64,000 nucleotides of DNA from Bacteroidales bacterium (GTDB taxonomy: Bacteria; Bacteroidota; Bacteroidia; Bacteroidales; UBA12077), in NCBI GenBank assembly GCA_013138975.1, contig WTBR01000050.1:3123-67122 (forward strand). Direction: 5' to 3'. A model generated the notes under the pieces. The model saw only the letters and a program-made list of their open reading frames with translations, searched no databases and was not told where the DNA came from. Positions 20,838 to 29,445 of this stretch are shown one piece after another (within the stretch, counting starts at the first letter, position 1; every line of letters begins with the position of its first letter). A program made the translations under genes and the position numbers.

Positions 20838-21686
20838 ATGCTTGATATTGTAAATTATAATGAACTGATAAAAGGAATTCCTGATAGTATTAAAGCGACT
20901 AAAGGGGATGATACTATTATTGCAATTCTAGATACGGGCTGCAACAATCATAGTTCAATTCAAGGACAAATTATACATACTTATGATGCAATAAATGAAA
21001 CAAGTGACATTCCAAACAATGACAAATCCTTAAGTGGACATGGGACATTCATTGCCGGATTAATTGCTGCAAAAGGTACCCGATCTGAAATAATTGGAAT
21101 TGCTCCCGAAGCTAAATTAATAATAGTGAAAGTTGCTGATTCTGATGATTCAGTTTTTAGCGAAAATGTACTAAAAGGATTAAATTGGTTGTCAAACACA
21201 TGTCCCGTTAAACCAAACATCATAAATATAAGTTTAGATTTTTATCCTGAAACGGTAAAAGATAGGTTTATTAACATATTTAAAAAATTTCTTGATGATG
21301 AGGTGTTTTGTTTTGCTGCTGCTCAAAACGACCTCAAACTTCAAAACAGTCCTTTTTACCCAGCTAATGAAATAAATGTTCATGCAGTAGGTGCATTAAA
21401 AAAACAAACATTATTAAATCCCGAATTTATTTCCATTAATAAAAAGGTTAATTATGTTGTCCCCAATATTGAATTTAAATCTACCAACAATTCTTTTATT
21501 AGTCCATTCAGAACAAATGAAGGATGTAGTTTTGCAACAGCAATAACATCAGCAAGCATGGCTCTTGTCATGTCATATTATAAAAAAAATGCAATTAATA
21601 TAAGCTTAAAAGATTTCTTCGACCAACAATTAAGAACCTTTAGCTCTGATATTTTTAATTACGAACTTGAAATTTATAAACTATGA
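20838..21686 (+). CDS. S8 subtilisin-like serine peptidase, catalytic domain only, no signal peptide
   Basis: ILDTG, GHGTFIAGLIAA, GCSFA. Confidence 0.88.
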   Translation: MLDIVNYNELIKGIPDSIKATKGDDTIIAILDTGCNNHSSIQGQIIHTYDAINETSDIPNNDKSLSGHGTFIAGLIAAKGTRSEIIGIAPEAKLIIVKVADSDDSVFSENVLKGLNWLSNTCPVKPNIINISLDFYPETVKDRFINIFKKFLDDEVFCFAAAQNDLKLQNSPFYPANEINVHAVGALKKQTLLNPEFISINKKVNYVVPNIEFKSTNNSFISPFRTNEGCSFATAITSASMALVMSYYKKNAINISLKDFFDQQLRTFSSDIFNYELEIYKL

Positions 21687-24046
21687 AAAAAATTACTTTT
21701 TTAATTTTAATTCTTCTGCAATCTTCATTTTTATTCAGTCAAAATGAATATTACGAATCTTTATTCCTTGTTAAATATCTAAAGGATAATAAAATGACAA
21801 TTAATAATTTTATTGAGGAACAAGAAAAATTCTGGACTGACTCTTTAAATAAAATTGAAAAGTATCCAATTTCAACAGAATTCCTACAATTAAACGAATC
21901 TGATAAAAATCAGAAAAAAATTGAATTACAAAATAATAAAGTTAAAGTTGATTCAATCCGTAATGAAATTACGGCTCAAAAACGTGATGCTTTATTAAAA
22001 ATAATTGTTAAGTACTTTGGAGAATGCACTGAAAATGCCAATAGTATAAACATGGCTTTTCAAGCAAATCCTTTTTTTGCTAATTTTACATATTCTGGAA
22101 GCACAAAGGGTTTTAAATATCAGGCGACAGAAAAAACACTTGATTTCGGTTCAATAAGTAGTATTAGTAGCGGCATTTCCGATCTCGATGTTACGGCTAT
22201 TGCTGACGGCTTAGCACAATTCATGATTTCGAGAGCCAAGGATGAAATAAGCGTTGCATTTATTCAAAGATTTAAAAATCAACTAGAAAAATATCCTGAG
22301 TTACAGGTATTATTCCCCGAAACATCTGATCTTTTAATAAACATTCTAGCATACGAATATACAATTGTGCTTCCAACTCTTCAGAAATCATTCGAGGAAG
22401 ATTTAAGTAACATGTTTAATAATGTTGAGAATATTTTCGAACTCCCCGATTATAAAAAAGTTTTAACTGATTTCCCTGAGGTTGGATTAATAATTCGGTC
22501 AATGTATGCAATTGCTAAACTTGAAGATGGAATGCATCCTGCAGATATTCTAGATACATTAACAAAATTAGAGGATTGGGATAACAATAATTTAAGTGTT
22601 GAGTTACTAAACCTAAAAGCTGTGCTTGATTTAGGAAATCTTTTTTCAAATAGTTTGAGGTTTGATGAAGAAGCATCTACTCTTTTGTCAAGAGATAATT
22701 TTACTTATTTTCAAACTTCAGATTCAATGTATAAATCGAAAGACAATGATACAATTATACTATCAAGATACCATGAGCCAACGTGGGTTACAGATCAACA
22801 TTTTAATTTAATTACGCAAAATGAAATTACTTTTAAAATTTTCCTTGGTCTTATATATCAAAATAGTAAAAATAAGTCCATTGCTTTTGTAATTAATAAT
22901 GAAACCAAAAATGATACTATAAAATTTTATGAGCAACTGGGAAAACATGTCGAAGATTCTTACTTTTTAAGAAGTCAATTTTATAAATTTTTACAAATAA
23001 GCTATAATATTGAGGAACAACTAACAAGAATAAATAAATTAAACGATACCGGTAAAAAACCAACTAACGATGATTATTATAATTATGTAAATGTATCACT
23101 AGATGTTGTGGAATATGGATCTGAAGTAATTAAATATTTTGCAAAAGATAACTCTGAATTTAAGATTATAAATTCTAACAAATATATTTCTTTATCAAGA
23201 GATATTAATGAATTTTATAAAGCAAGTTATAGCAAGGACTATACACCAATGGTACTTTATGGCACAAAAGTTATAGAAGGAATATATGAGTTATATGCAG
23301 CAGGAACAATCAAAAAAGAACTTGAAAGCAATCCTGGTAAACTGAAAAAATTTAATGAACTATCCGTTTATGATAAAAGCTATCAAAAGAAAATAAATAA
23401 ACAAAGCGAACTACCTAAGGCTATTTCAACCATATCACAGTATGGTACTTTTATGGCTCAAATAGCCCAAGCCGATTCTGGAGCTCAAGTAAATGATATT
23501 ATCGAAACTTTTGCACTGCCAGCAGGGAGTTCAAGTTTAAAAAAATACCAACAAAACAATTGGGCTATAAATTCATACCTCGGTTATTCTTATAAGTCCG
23601 ATTTCAGTAATGATAATATCTGGAAATTGTATGCTCCTATTGGTATTTCTTACACACCTGTTTCTGGAGGGAAATACGGCTCTTTAAGCATATTTGCAAG
23701 TTTAATTGATATTGGTGCTATTATAGATTATCGCATACATTCCGATAACGATACTATAATTGCTATTAACGGTACCGACACAACCACTACAATAAACAAA
23801 AATGTTGAATACAGCAATAAAATTCAACTTGGAAATATTCTATCGCCTGGCTGCTACATAGTGTACGGATTTGGTGGAAATATTCCTCTTGCTCTTGGTG
23901 TAGGTGCTCAGTATGGTCCAGCTTTAACAAAAATTAATGCCGATAGAAATGTTATCAAAGAATCCAAATGGATGTTCAATGTATCATTAACTGTTGATAT
24001 TCCAATTATAAACATTCATCCGGGAAAAAGAAAGCGTATTAAATAA
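21683..24046 (+). CDS. large secreted hypothetical protein
   Basis: Signal peptide; 4-nt overlap with the S8 gene; ADGLAQFMISRAKDEISVAF helical core and beta-rich C-terminus. Confidence 0.8.
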   Translation: MKKITFLILILLQSSFLFSQNEYYESLFLVKYLKDNKMTINNFIEEQEKFWTDSLNKIEKYPISTEFLQLNESDKNQKKIELQNNKVKVDSIRNEITAQKRDALLKIIVKYFGECTENANSINMAFQANPFFANFTYSGSTKGFKYQATEKTLDFGSISSISSGISDLDVTAIADGLAQFMISRAKDEISVAFIQRFKNQLEKYPELQVLFPETSDLLINILAYEYTIVLPTLQKSFEEDLSNMFNNVENIFELPDYKKVLTDFPEVGLIIRSMYAIAKLEDGMHPADILDTLTKLEDWDNNNLSVELLNLKAVLDLGNLFSNSLRFDEEASTLLSRDNFTYFQTSDSMYKSKDNDTIILSRYHEPTWVTDQHFNLITQNEITFKIFLGLIYQNSKNKSIAFVINNETKNDTIKFYEQLGKHVEDSYFLRSQFYKFLQISYNIEEQLTRINKLNDTGKKPTNDDYYNYVNVSLDVVEYGSEVIKYFAKDNSEFKIINSNKYISLSRDINEFYKASYSKDYTPMVLYGTKVIEGIYELYAAGTIKKELESNPGKLKKFNELSVYDKSYQKKINKQSELPKAISTISQYGTFMAQIAQADSGAQVNDIIETFALPAGSSSLKKYQQNNWAINSYLGYSYKSDFSNDNIWKLYAPIGISYTPVSGGKYGSLSIFASLIDIGAIIDYRIHSDNDTIIAINGTDTTTTINKNVEYSNKIQLGNILSPGCYIVYGFGGNIPLALGVGAQYGPALTKINADRNVIKESKWMFNVSLTVDIPIINIHPGKRKRIK

Positions 24047-24069
24047 CTATTAATCAACAAAGTCCACAT

Positions 24070-24099
24070 ATGGCGTAGCTTGATGCTACGCCATTTTTT
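24070..24099 (+). terminator. intrinsic terminator
   Basis: ATGGCGTAGC-TTGAT-GCTACGCCAT-TTTTT. Confidence 0.9.
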
Positions 24100-24192
24100 A
24101 TTCTTTTCTCACTAAATCTATATGTTTAGTCGTCTTATCTAATATATAAACAAAAAGAAACTGTTAATTTCTATATTACTGCACCACAATTT

Positions 24193-24296
24193 TTTGTAAT
24201 TCAAAATATTTTATCTACTTTCATGCCTTACTACATTAAGGAACGTACATGTTAGTTTGAAACGAAGTATTAATTTAATTTTAATACAATGTACGT
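24193..24296 (+). promoter_or_regulatory. repeated promoter plus structured leader, copy 3 (overlaps the start codon)
   Basis: TTTG(24193)-N19-TACTTTC, then GAACGTACAT...GTATTAA-N7-TTAATAC...ATGTACGT. Confidence 0.7.
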
Positions 24297-24699
24297 GATT
24301 ATTAAAAAAGTGCCTTTAATTATTCTTTTGATTAGTATAACACTAATCTCCTATGCTCAGGAAACACTTGAAGTACGGCTTGTTTCTATTTCTAATATTT
24401 CCAACAATCATGTAGGAAATGAATGGTCGCATGACGTTACAGTTAATGAAACGAAACTCACAAAATACAAAAGCCTAAGCTTTAAACTTTCCGAAACCAA
24501 AACACTAAACATAACAGTAAACTGCACTGAATTCGACGAGAAATACCCCGATTACGGTAGCAACACCAAAATAATAGACCTAAGTAAAATAGATTTAAGC
24601 AATGAATATCTTTTTGCCATTGAAGTAACTGTAACTGAAAACGGTGGCCGTTACAAAGGCAATAAAGCAAAATGGAAATATAGTTTTAGAATAAAATAG
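24289..24699 (+). CDS. secreted hypothetical protein
   Basis: Signal peptide ending SYAQ; beta-rich; NNHVGNEWS motif. Confidence 0.7.
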   Translation: MYVIIKKVPLIILLISITLISYAQETLEVRLVSISNISNNHVGNEWSHDVTVNETKLTKYKSLSFKLSETKTLNITVNCTEFDEKYPDYGSNTKIIDLSKIDLSNEYLFAIEVTVTENGGRYKGNKAKWKYSFRIK

Positions 24700-24723
24700 T
24701 ATTATACCTAAAATTTAATAATT

Positions 24724-25299
24724 ATGTATTTATTTTTTGACACAGAAACAACAGGATTACCTAGAAACTATAAAGCTCCTGCAAGCGATACTAATAATTG
24801 GCCAAGAATGGTGCAAATTGCATGGAGACTGAATGATGAAAAAGGAAATGAGCTGGATGCGCAAAGTTTAATTATTAAACCAGAGGGTTATATAATTCCC
24901 CAGGAAGCTTCAAATGTACACCGAATAACAACTGAAAGAGCAAATAAAGAAGGCGTTGATCTTGAAACAGTTTTGGAGTCTTTTTCTCAATTAATTAATA
25001 AATCCAAATATCTTGTGGCACACAACATAAGCTTTGACGAGAAAATTATTGGAGCAGAATTCTTTCGAAAAAAGCTTACAACTAATCTTGATAAATTAAA
25101 AAGAATTTGCACCATGCATTCATCTACTGATTTCTGTAAAATACCTGGAAATTATGGTTATAAATGGCCAAAATTACAAGAATTGCACTACAAACTTTTT
25201 GGAGAAGAATTTGAAGAAGCTCATGATGCTGCCGCTGACATTGATGCTACTGTAAAATGTTTTTGGAAACTTAAGGAATTAAATATTATTAAAAACTAA
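24724..25299 (+). CDS. DEDDh 3'-5' exonuclease (DnaQ-like)
   Basis: FFDTETTGLP, AHNISFD, AHDAAADI. Confidence 0.93.
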   Translation: MYLFFDTETTGLPRNYKAPASDTNNWPRMVQIAWRLNDEKGNELDAQSLIIKPEGYIIPQEASNVHRITTERANKEGVDLETVLESFSQLINKSKYLVAHNISFDEKIIGAEFFRKKLTTNLDKLKRICTMHSSTDFCKIPGNYGYKWPKLQELHYKLFGEEFEEAHDAAADIDATVKCFWKLKELNIIKN

Positions 25300-25347
25300 T
25301 AACCCCGCTTGCGAGGGAATTTTGTCCATGCAAAAACTAGAAAAAAT

Positions 25348-25545
25348 ATGAAAAAAACACTTATTAATTTTTCATTCATTTCCTTGTTATTATTAACAAG
25401 TGTATTTATTAATTCTTGTACTGAAGAAGAACCTTGTTACTACAATGGTAATGAATTGTTTGAAGGTTCTGAAGGTGGCTGCTATTATATAAATAGTAAT
25501 GATAATAAAACTTATGTGGATAGATCGTATTGTAATTGCAACTAA
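25348..25545 (+). CDS. small lipoprotein with PBCV basic-adaptor-like motif
   Basis: Start MKKT, lipobox INSC, GGCYYINSNDNKTYV. Confidence 0.6.
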   Translation: MKKTLINFSFISLLLLTSVFINSCTEEEPCYYNGNELFEGSEGGCYYINSNDNKTYVDRSYCNCN

Positions 25546-25749
25546 TTAGCACTAGTTCGACGTAGTATTCATGTTACGCTAACAAATGAGAACTAATTAA
25601 AATTAATAAAGTTCGAATTATGAAGATTCATTTAAAACATGGAAAGCTATACTTCAATTCATAGTTGTTGCAGCTCAATAAAATGTTTTTGCTTTGATAT
25701 ATTTTAAATAAACACGGAATATAATTACAAATCAGAAAAAATCATAATT

Positions 25750-27048
25750 ATGAAAAAAGTAAAGTTGATAATATTTATGAGTTTCCTTCTAATTGGTATT
25801 ATACAAGGACAAAACAAAGGAACAGTATTGATCATTACTAATAATAATGCTACTATAGTAGTTGATGGTGATGAGATTGGAAAAACTATAGCCAAAACAC
25901 CTTCCAAATTTGAAATAACAGAAGGTGAACATTATTTTCAAGTGAAAAGCATAATAAACGGGACGGTAGTTGAAAAAAATGAAATTATCAATATAATTTC
26001 TGATAAGCAAAAAGTTATAAAATTTGATTTTGAGCAAACTAATAGTAATGAAAAAGAACAATCACATTCTGAAAGCATTACATCTAATGAGATTAATGTA
26101 GCAAATCTCAATTTTTATGCTCCTGTATTAGAAGATGAAATATATTACTATGCATTTGCTCCAGGCGATGAAATTATAGTTGATATTGAAATTACCGAGA
26201 AACGGGGCAATTTAAATATAGAAATTAGTGAATATCCGAATTCAATTAAATATACAGCAAATAATTTTAGAGAAAAGCATGATATAAGACTGAAAGTTAA
26301 TAAAAAATCGATTTATGGTTTTTCGGTTTCCGCTACCGCATTAATAATGAAAGACTGTAAAATGACAATTAAAAGAATTCCCGATAAAAAGGAAACGAAT
26401 GATTTTAACACAAATGTTAGATTAAAAGAACAGATCGATACTATTTATACCACACAAATTAATGAAATTTTGACAAACAGGGATACTATTTATCAAGAAC
26501 TAATTAATAGAAAATTTCGTGTGTATTCTCAAGAAAATTTGGATAATACTTTTAAAACGTTTGTTGATTTAAAAATTCCAAAAGACACCCAATATTGGAT
26601 ATACTGGCTTGGAGTAGGTCAAGAGAGTGTGCAAGAAATGAAAAAATTAGCAGAAAGTGTAAGTGAATTGTCAAGCTTAGTTCCAAATCCAATAGCGGCA
26701 CTTGGATTAGAATTAATTACAGAACTACCTATGTTAAATACTACAGCAACAATCAATTACAAATTCATGGATCTAGATAATAAAAATCTATTTATGAATT
26801 CATATCAATATAGTTATTACACTTTCAAAGAAGGCCACAATGTTACTTCGGATTATGCAAAAATAGAGATGAATAATACTCCTAATAATGGGAATCTTTA
26901 TATGGGTTTTTGGAATAATAGTGATTTATATGGAAGAGATGTAAACTTACAAGTTGGAGCATTTAAGTTTAATGATACTTATACTAATAAAACAGTTAGA
27001 ATTCCTTCAAAAATTGAAATAACAACTATTCCAATTTTTGATGAATAA
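25750..27048 (+). CDS. secreted hypothetical protein with PEGA-like N-terminal domain
   Basis: Signal peptide; ATIVVDGDEIGKT...ITEGEHYFQV. Confidence 0.7.
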   Translation: MKKVKLIIFMSFLLIGIIQGQNKGTVLIITNNNATIVVDGDEIGKTIAKTPSKFEITEGEHYFQVKSIINGTVVEKNEIINIISDKQKVIKFDFEQTNSNEKEQSHSESITSNEINVANLNFYAPVLEDEIYYYAFAPGDEIIVDIEITEKRGNLNIEISEYPNSIKYTANNFREKHDIRLKVNKKSIYGFSVSATALIMKDCKMTIKRIPDKKETNDFNTNVRLKEQIDTIYTTQINEILTNRDTIYQELINRKFRVYSQENLDNTFKTFVDLKIPKDTQYWIYWLGVGQESVQEMKKLAESVSELSSLVPNPIAALGLELITELPMLNTTATINYKFMDLDNKNLFMNSYQYSYYTFKEGHNVTSDYAKIEMNNTPNNGNLYMGFWNNSDLYGRDVNLQVGAFKFNDTYTNKTVRIPSKIEITTIPIFDE

Positions 27049-27074
27049 ATATTTTTTAAAGGAGTTTCCCTGCT

Positions 27075-27100
27075 AAGCGGAATTTGCAATTCCGCTTTTT
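27075..27100 (+). terminator. intrinsic terminator
   Basis: AAGCGGAATT-TGC-AATTCCGCTT-TTT. Confidence 0.85.
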
Positions 27101-27377
27101 AAATAAAATAACTACACCTACCCCTGTTCTGTGTAGTTTTCTATCTTCTATAGCTTAAATCAATTTAAATATAAACTCACCCATCCTTATAACATCTTCA
27201 ATTTCATTAATCGTTTTTTTCCTGTCTGCTTTGCCATATTAATTTGTTTTAGTATTTTCATGCCATAATAAACGCCAAAATGATATAACTAGTTGTAAAT
27301 TAATTTGATATAAGTTCAGTGTCTTTTTCAACTTTGTTGTTCTATAAAAATAAACCTTAAATTTTTAAGCCTAAAAA

Positions 27378-28049
27378 ATGGAAAACGAAACAATTAATTC
27401 AAAAGAAGAAAGCAAGTACGTTATATCTTATAAAACTTTGCGAATAGCTGTTGGTATTCTGGGTATAAGCTTACCTTTAATTCTAATTTTAGGTACCTTG
27501 ATATTGAATAATGAGTTCCCAATTTTAAACTCCATTAGCAGCTACGCCCACAAACGAATAGGCAATGGTTTTGTAGGTATTATGTGTGCGGTTTCTCTTT
27601 TCATGTTTTCATACCTGGGGCGCGATTTTAAAGATAATTTCTTAGGTCATCTGGCAGGATTATTTGCTTTGGGTATCGCCTTTTTTCCAAATAATGTAGA
27701 AAATCCTTGGACCACAATACCTATTATACACTTAATTTCGGCTTGTCTTTTCTTTATTACGCTTATTGCCTTTTCGCTGTGGTTATTTCCAAAAACCGAT
27801 CAAGAAATATTATCTAAGCAAAAGAAAAAAAGAAATAAGATTTTTAAAATTTGTGGGTACACCATGATAATTTGTATTGTCTTAATATTTCTTTATATGG
27901 CTTGGCTTATAAAAATACTTCCAAACAATGGCTGGTTTCAACCTGTATTTTGGTTAGAGTCATTCGCATTACTTGCTTTCGGAATTTCGTGGATAACAAA
28001 AGGACAGCTTCTATTTAGAGATCCTAAGGAAGAATCAGAAGTAGAATAG
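27378..28049 (+). CDS. DUF998-like membrane protein
   Basis: ISYKTLRIAVGILGISLP, SISSY, IHLISACLFF; about 5-6 TM. Confidence 0.7.
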   Translation: MENETINSKEESKYVISYKTLRIAVGILGISLPLILILGTLILNNEFPILNSISSYAHKRIGNGFVGIMCAVSLFMFSYLGRDFKDNFLGHLAGLFALGIAFFPNNVENPWTTIPIIHLISACLFFITLIAFSLWLFPKTDQEILSKQKKKRNKIFKICGYTMIICIVLIFLYMAWLIKILPNNGWFQPVFWLESFALLAFGISWITKGQLLFRDPKEESEVE

Positions 28050-28074
28050 CTTGTTGGATTAAAATTAATCAGGT

Positions 28075-28400
28075 AAAAGTTGACGGTGTCCAAAAACTGA
28101 TTGACGGAAGAGGTCTTTACCTATTTTGAAATAATTCGCATAGAAATCATTAATAAACAGATATATCTTCATTTTCACAAACTAAATATCAAACCAGAAG
28201 GATTTGAAAAAGAAAGATTGATGTCCAATGGATTTCATCAGGCAGCTATTATTCAATATTTTTCGTTGTGTGATAAACCGAAGTTTTTAAATGTAAAAAG
28301 GTTTACATAGACTATAAAATCAAGTGGTAAAATGATAAGTAGGAACTAGCTACAGCGACAAAAGGAACATTGCAAACAATAGATCAGTTTCCTAACAATA
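28075..28400 (+). mobile_element. degenerate ISAon1/ISL3-type transposase N-terminal remnant
   Basis: FTYFEIIRIE...LHFHKLNIKPEGFEKERLMSNGF...KFLNVKR resembles the recalled ISAon1-family N-terminal protein; stops and frameshifts follow. Confidence 0.55.
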
Positions 28401-28458
28401 TTGGTTTATATTTAGGCGTAAATGTTTTATGATTTAAAGTAAAAGCAAAGCTTTTGCT

Positions 28459-29175
28459 TTATTTAAAAATATTCTTCTTCTGAACAGTTGCAACAAAATC
28501 CTTTAAATAAAATGGCTCAAAGTAAGCAACATTTTCAAATTCACTCTTATTAAATGCTAATTCCGATAAACTAGACATACCATTTGATGATGTATTAACA
28601 TTTTCAATAAATATTGCATTCTCATGTTTAATAATTTCCTTTATTTTTTCTGATCCATCACCAAAAAAAATCATTTTCTGATTTGCTAATATATCCTGAT
28701 ATGAATTTTCATCTATAATTTCAGCTTTAACTTCTCTCGTAAATTCACCTTTTGAATTAAAAAATGCAGAATAAACCTCCATTCTCCGGGCGTCAATCAT
28801 TGGTACTAAAACCGAATCTTTAAAATCATCAATTGTAATTTCATTTGAATTAGCTTTTAAAATCATTCCGTTTGCCATAGCTTGTAAGGTATTGATGGCA
28901 ATTAAAGGAATGTCTTTTGCATAGCATAAGCCTTTTGCAGTTGAAACACCTATTCGTAAACCTGTATATGATCCCGGGCCTTTACTTACTGCAATAGCAT
29001 CAAAATCACCAATTTTATAATTTAACTCTTTTAAAAGTTGATCTATAAAAATAGTAAGTAATTTTGCATGCGTTTTTTCTTCGTAGCTTTCCTTTATACC
29101 CTGCACATATCCATTTAAAGTTACGTTCACAGAGCATACTGTAGTAGAAGTTTCTATATTAAGAATTAAAGCCAT
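28459..29175 (-). CDS. tsaB: tRNA t6A biosynthesis protein TsaB
   Basis: ILNIETST, KGPGSYTGLRIG, IDARRMEVY. Confidence 0.96.
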   Translation of the reverse strand: MALILNIETSTTVCSVNVTLNGYVQGIKESYEEKTHAKLLTIFIDQLLKELNYKIGDFDAIAVSKGPGSYTGLRIGVSTAKGLCYAKDIPLIAINTLQAMANGMILKANSNEITIDDFKDSVLVPMIDARRMEVYSAFFNSKGEFTREVKAEIIDENSYQDILANQKMIFFGDGSEKIKEIIKHENAIFIENVNTSSNGMSSLSELAFNKSEFENVAYFEPFYLKDFVATVQKKNIFK

Positions 29176-29445
29176 TTATTATCATTTAAATGAATGCTAA
29201 ATTAGCGAAATTAATACTTTTCTTTAAACAATTACCATAACAATAGCATTTTGTAATACCTTAAACTATTTAATGCATTTCTTTTTTAAACCCTTTATTG
29301 CACTCAACCTCATACACCTAATGGATTATAAAAAATTAAAATATAGCATTTTTAAAAGATTAATCCCTTTCTTTTTTTAAAAACAATATTTTCATACCTT
29401 AGATTCAATAATAGATAAACGGATATTATTATCTTTACATTTCCT

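Noticed and set aside
25560-25625. Possible fourth copy of the leader (GAGAACTAATTAAAATTAATAAAGTTCG)
   Set aside because: Lacks ACGTAC/GTACGT and the TTTGAAA core; an AT-rich chance match is plausible.
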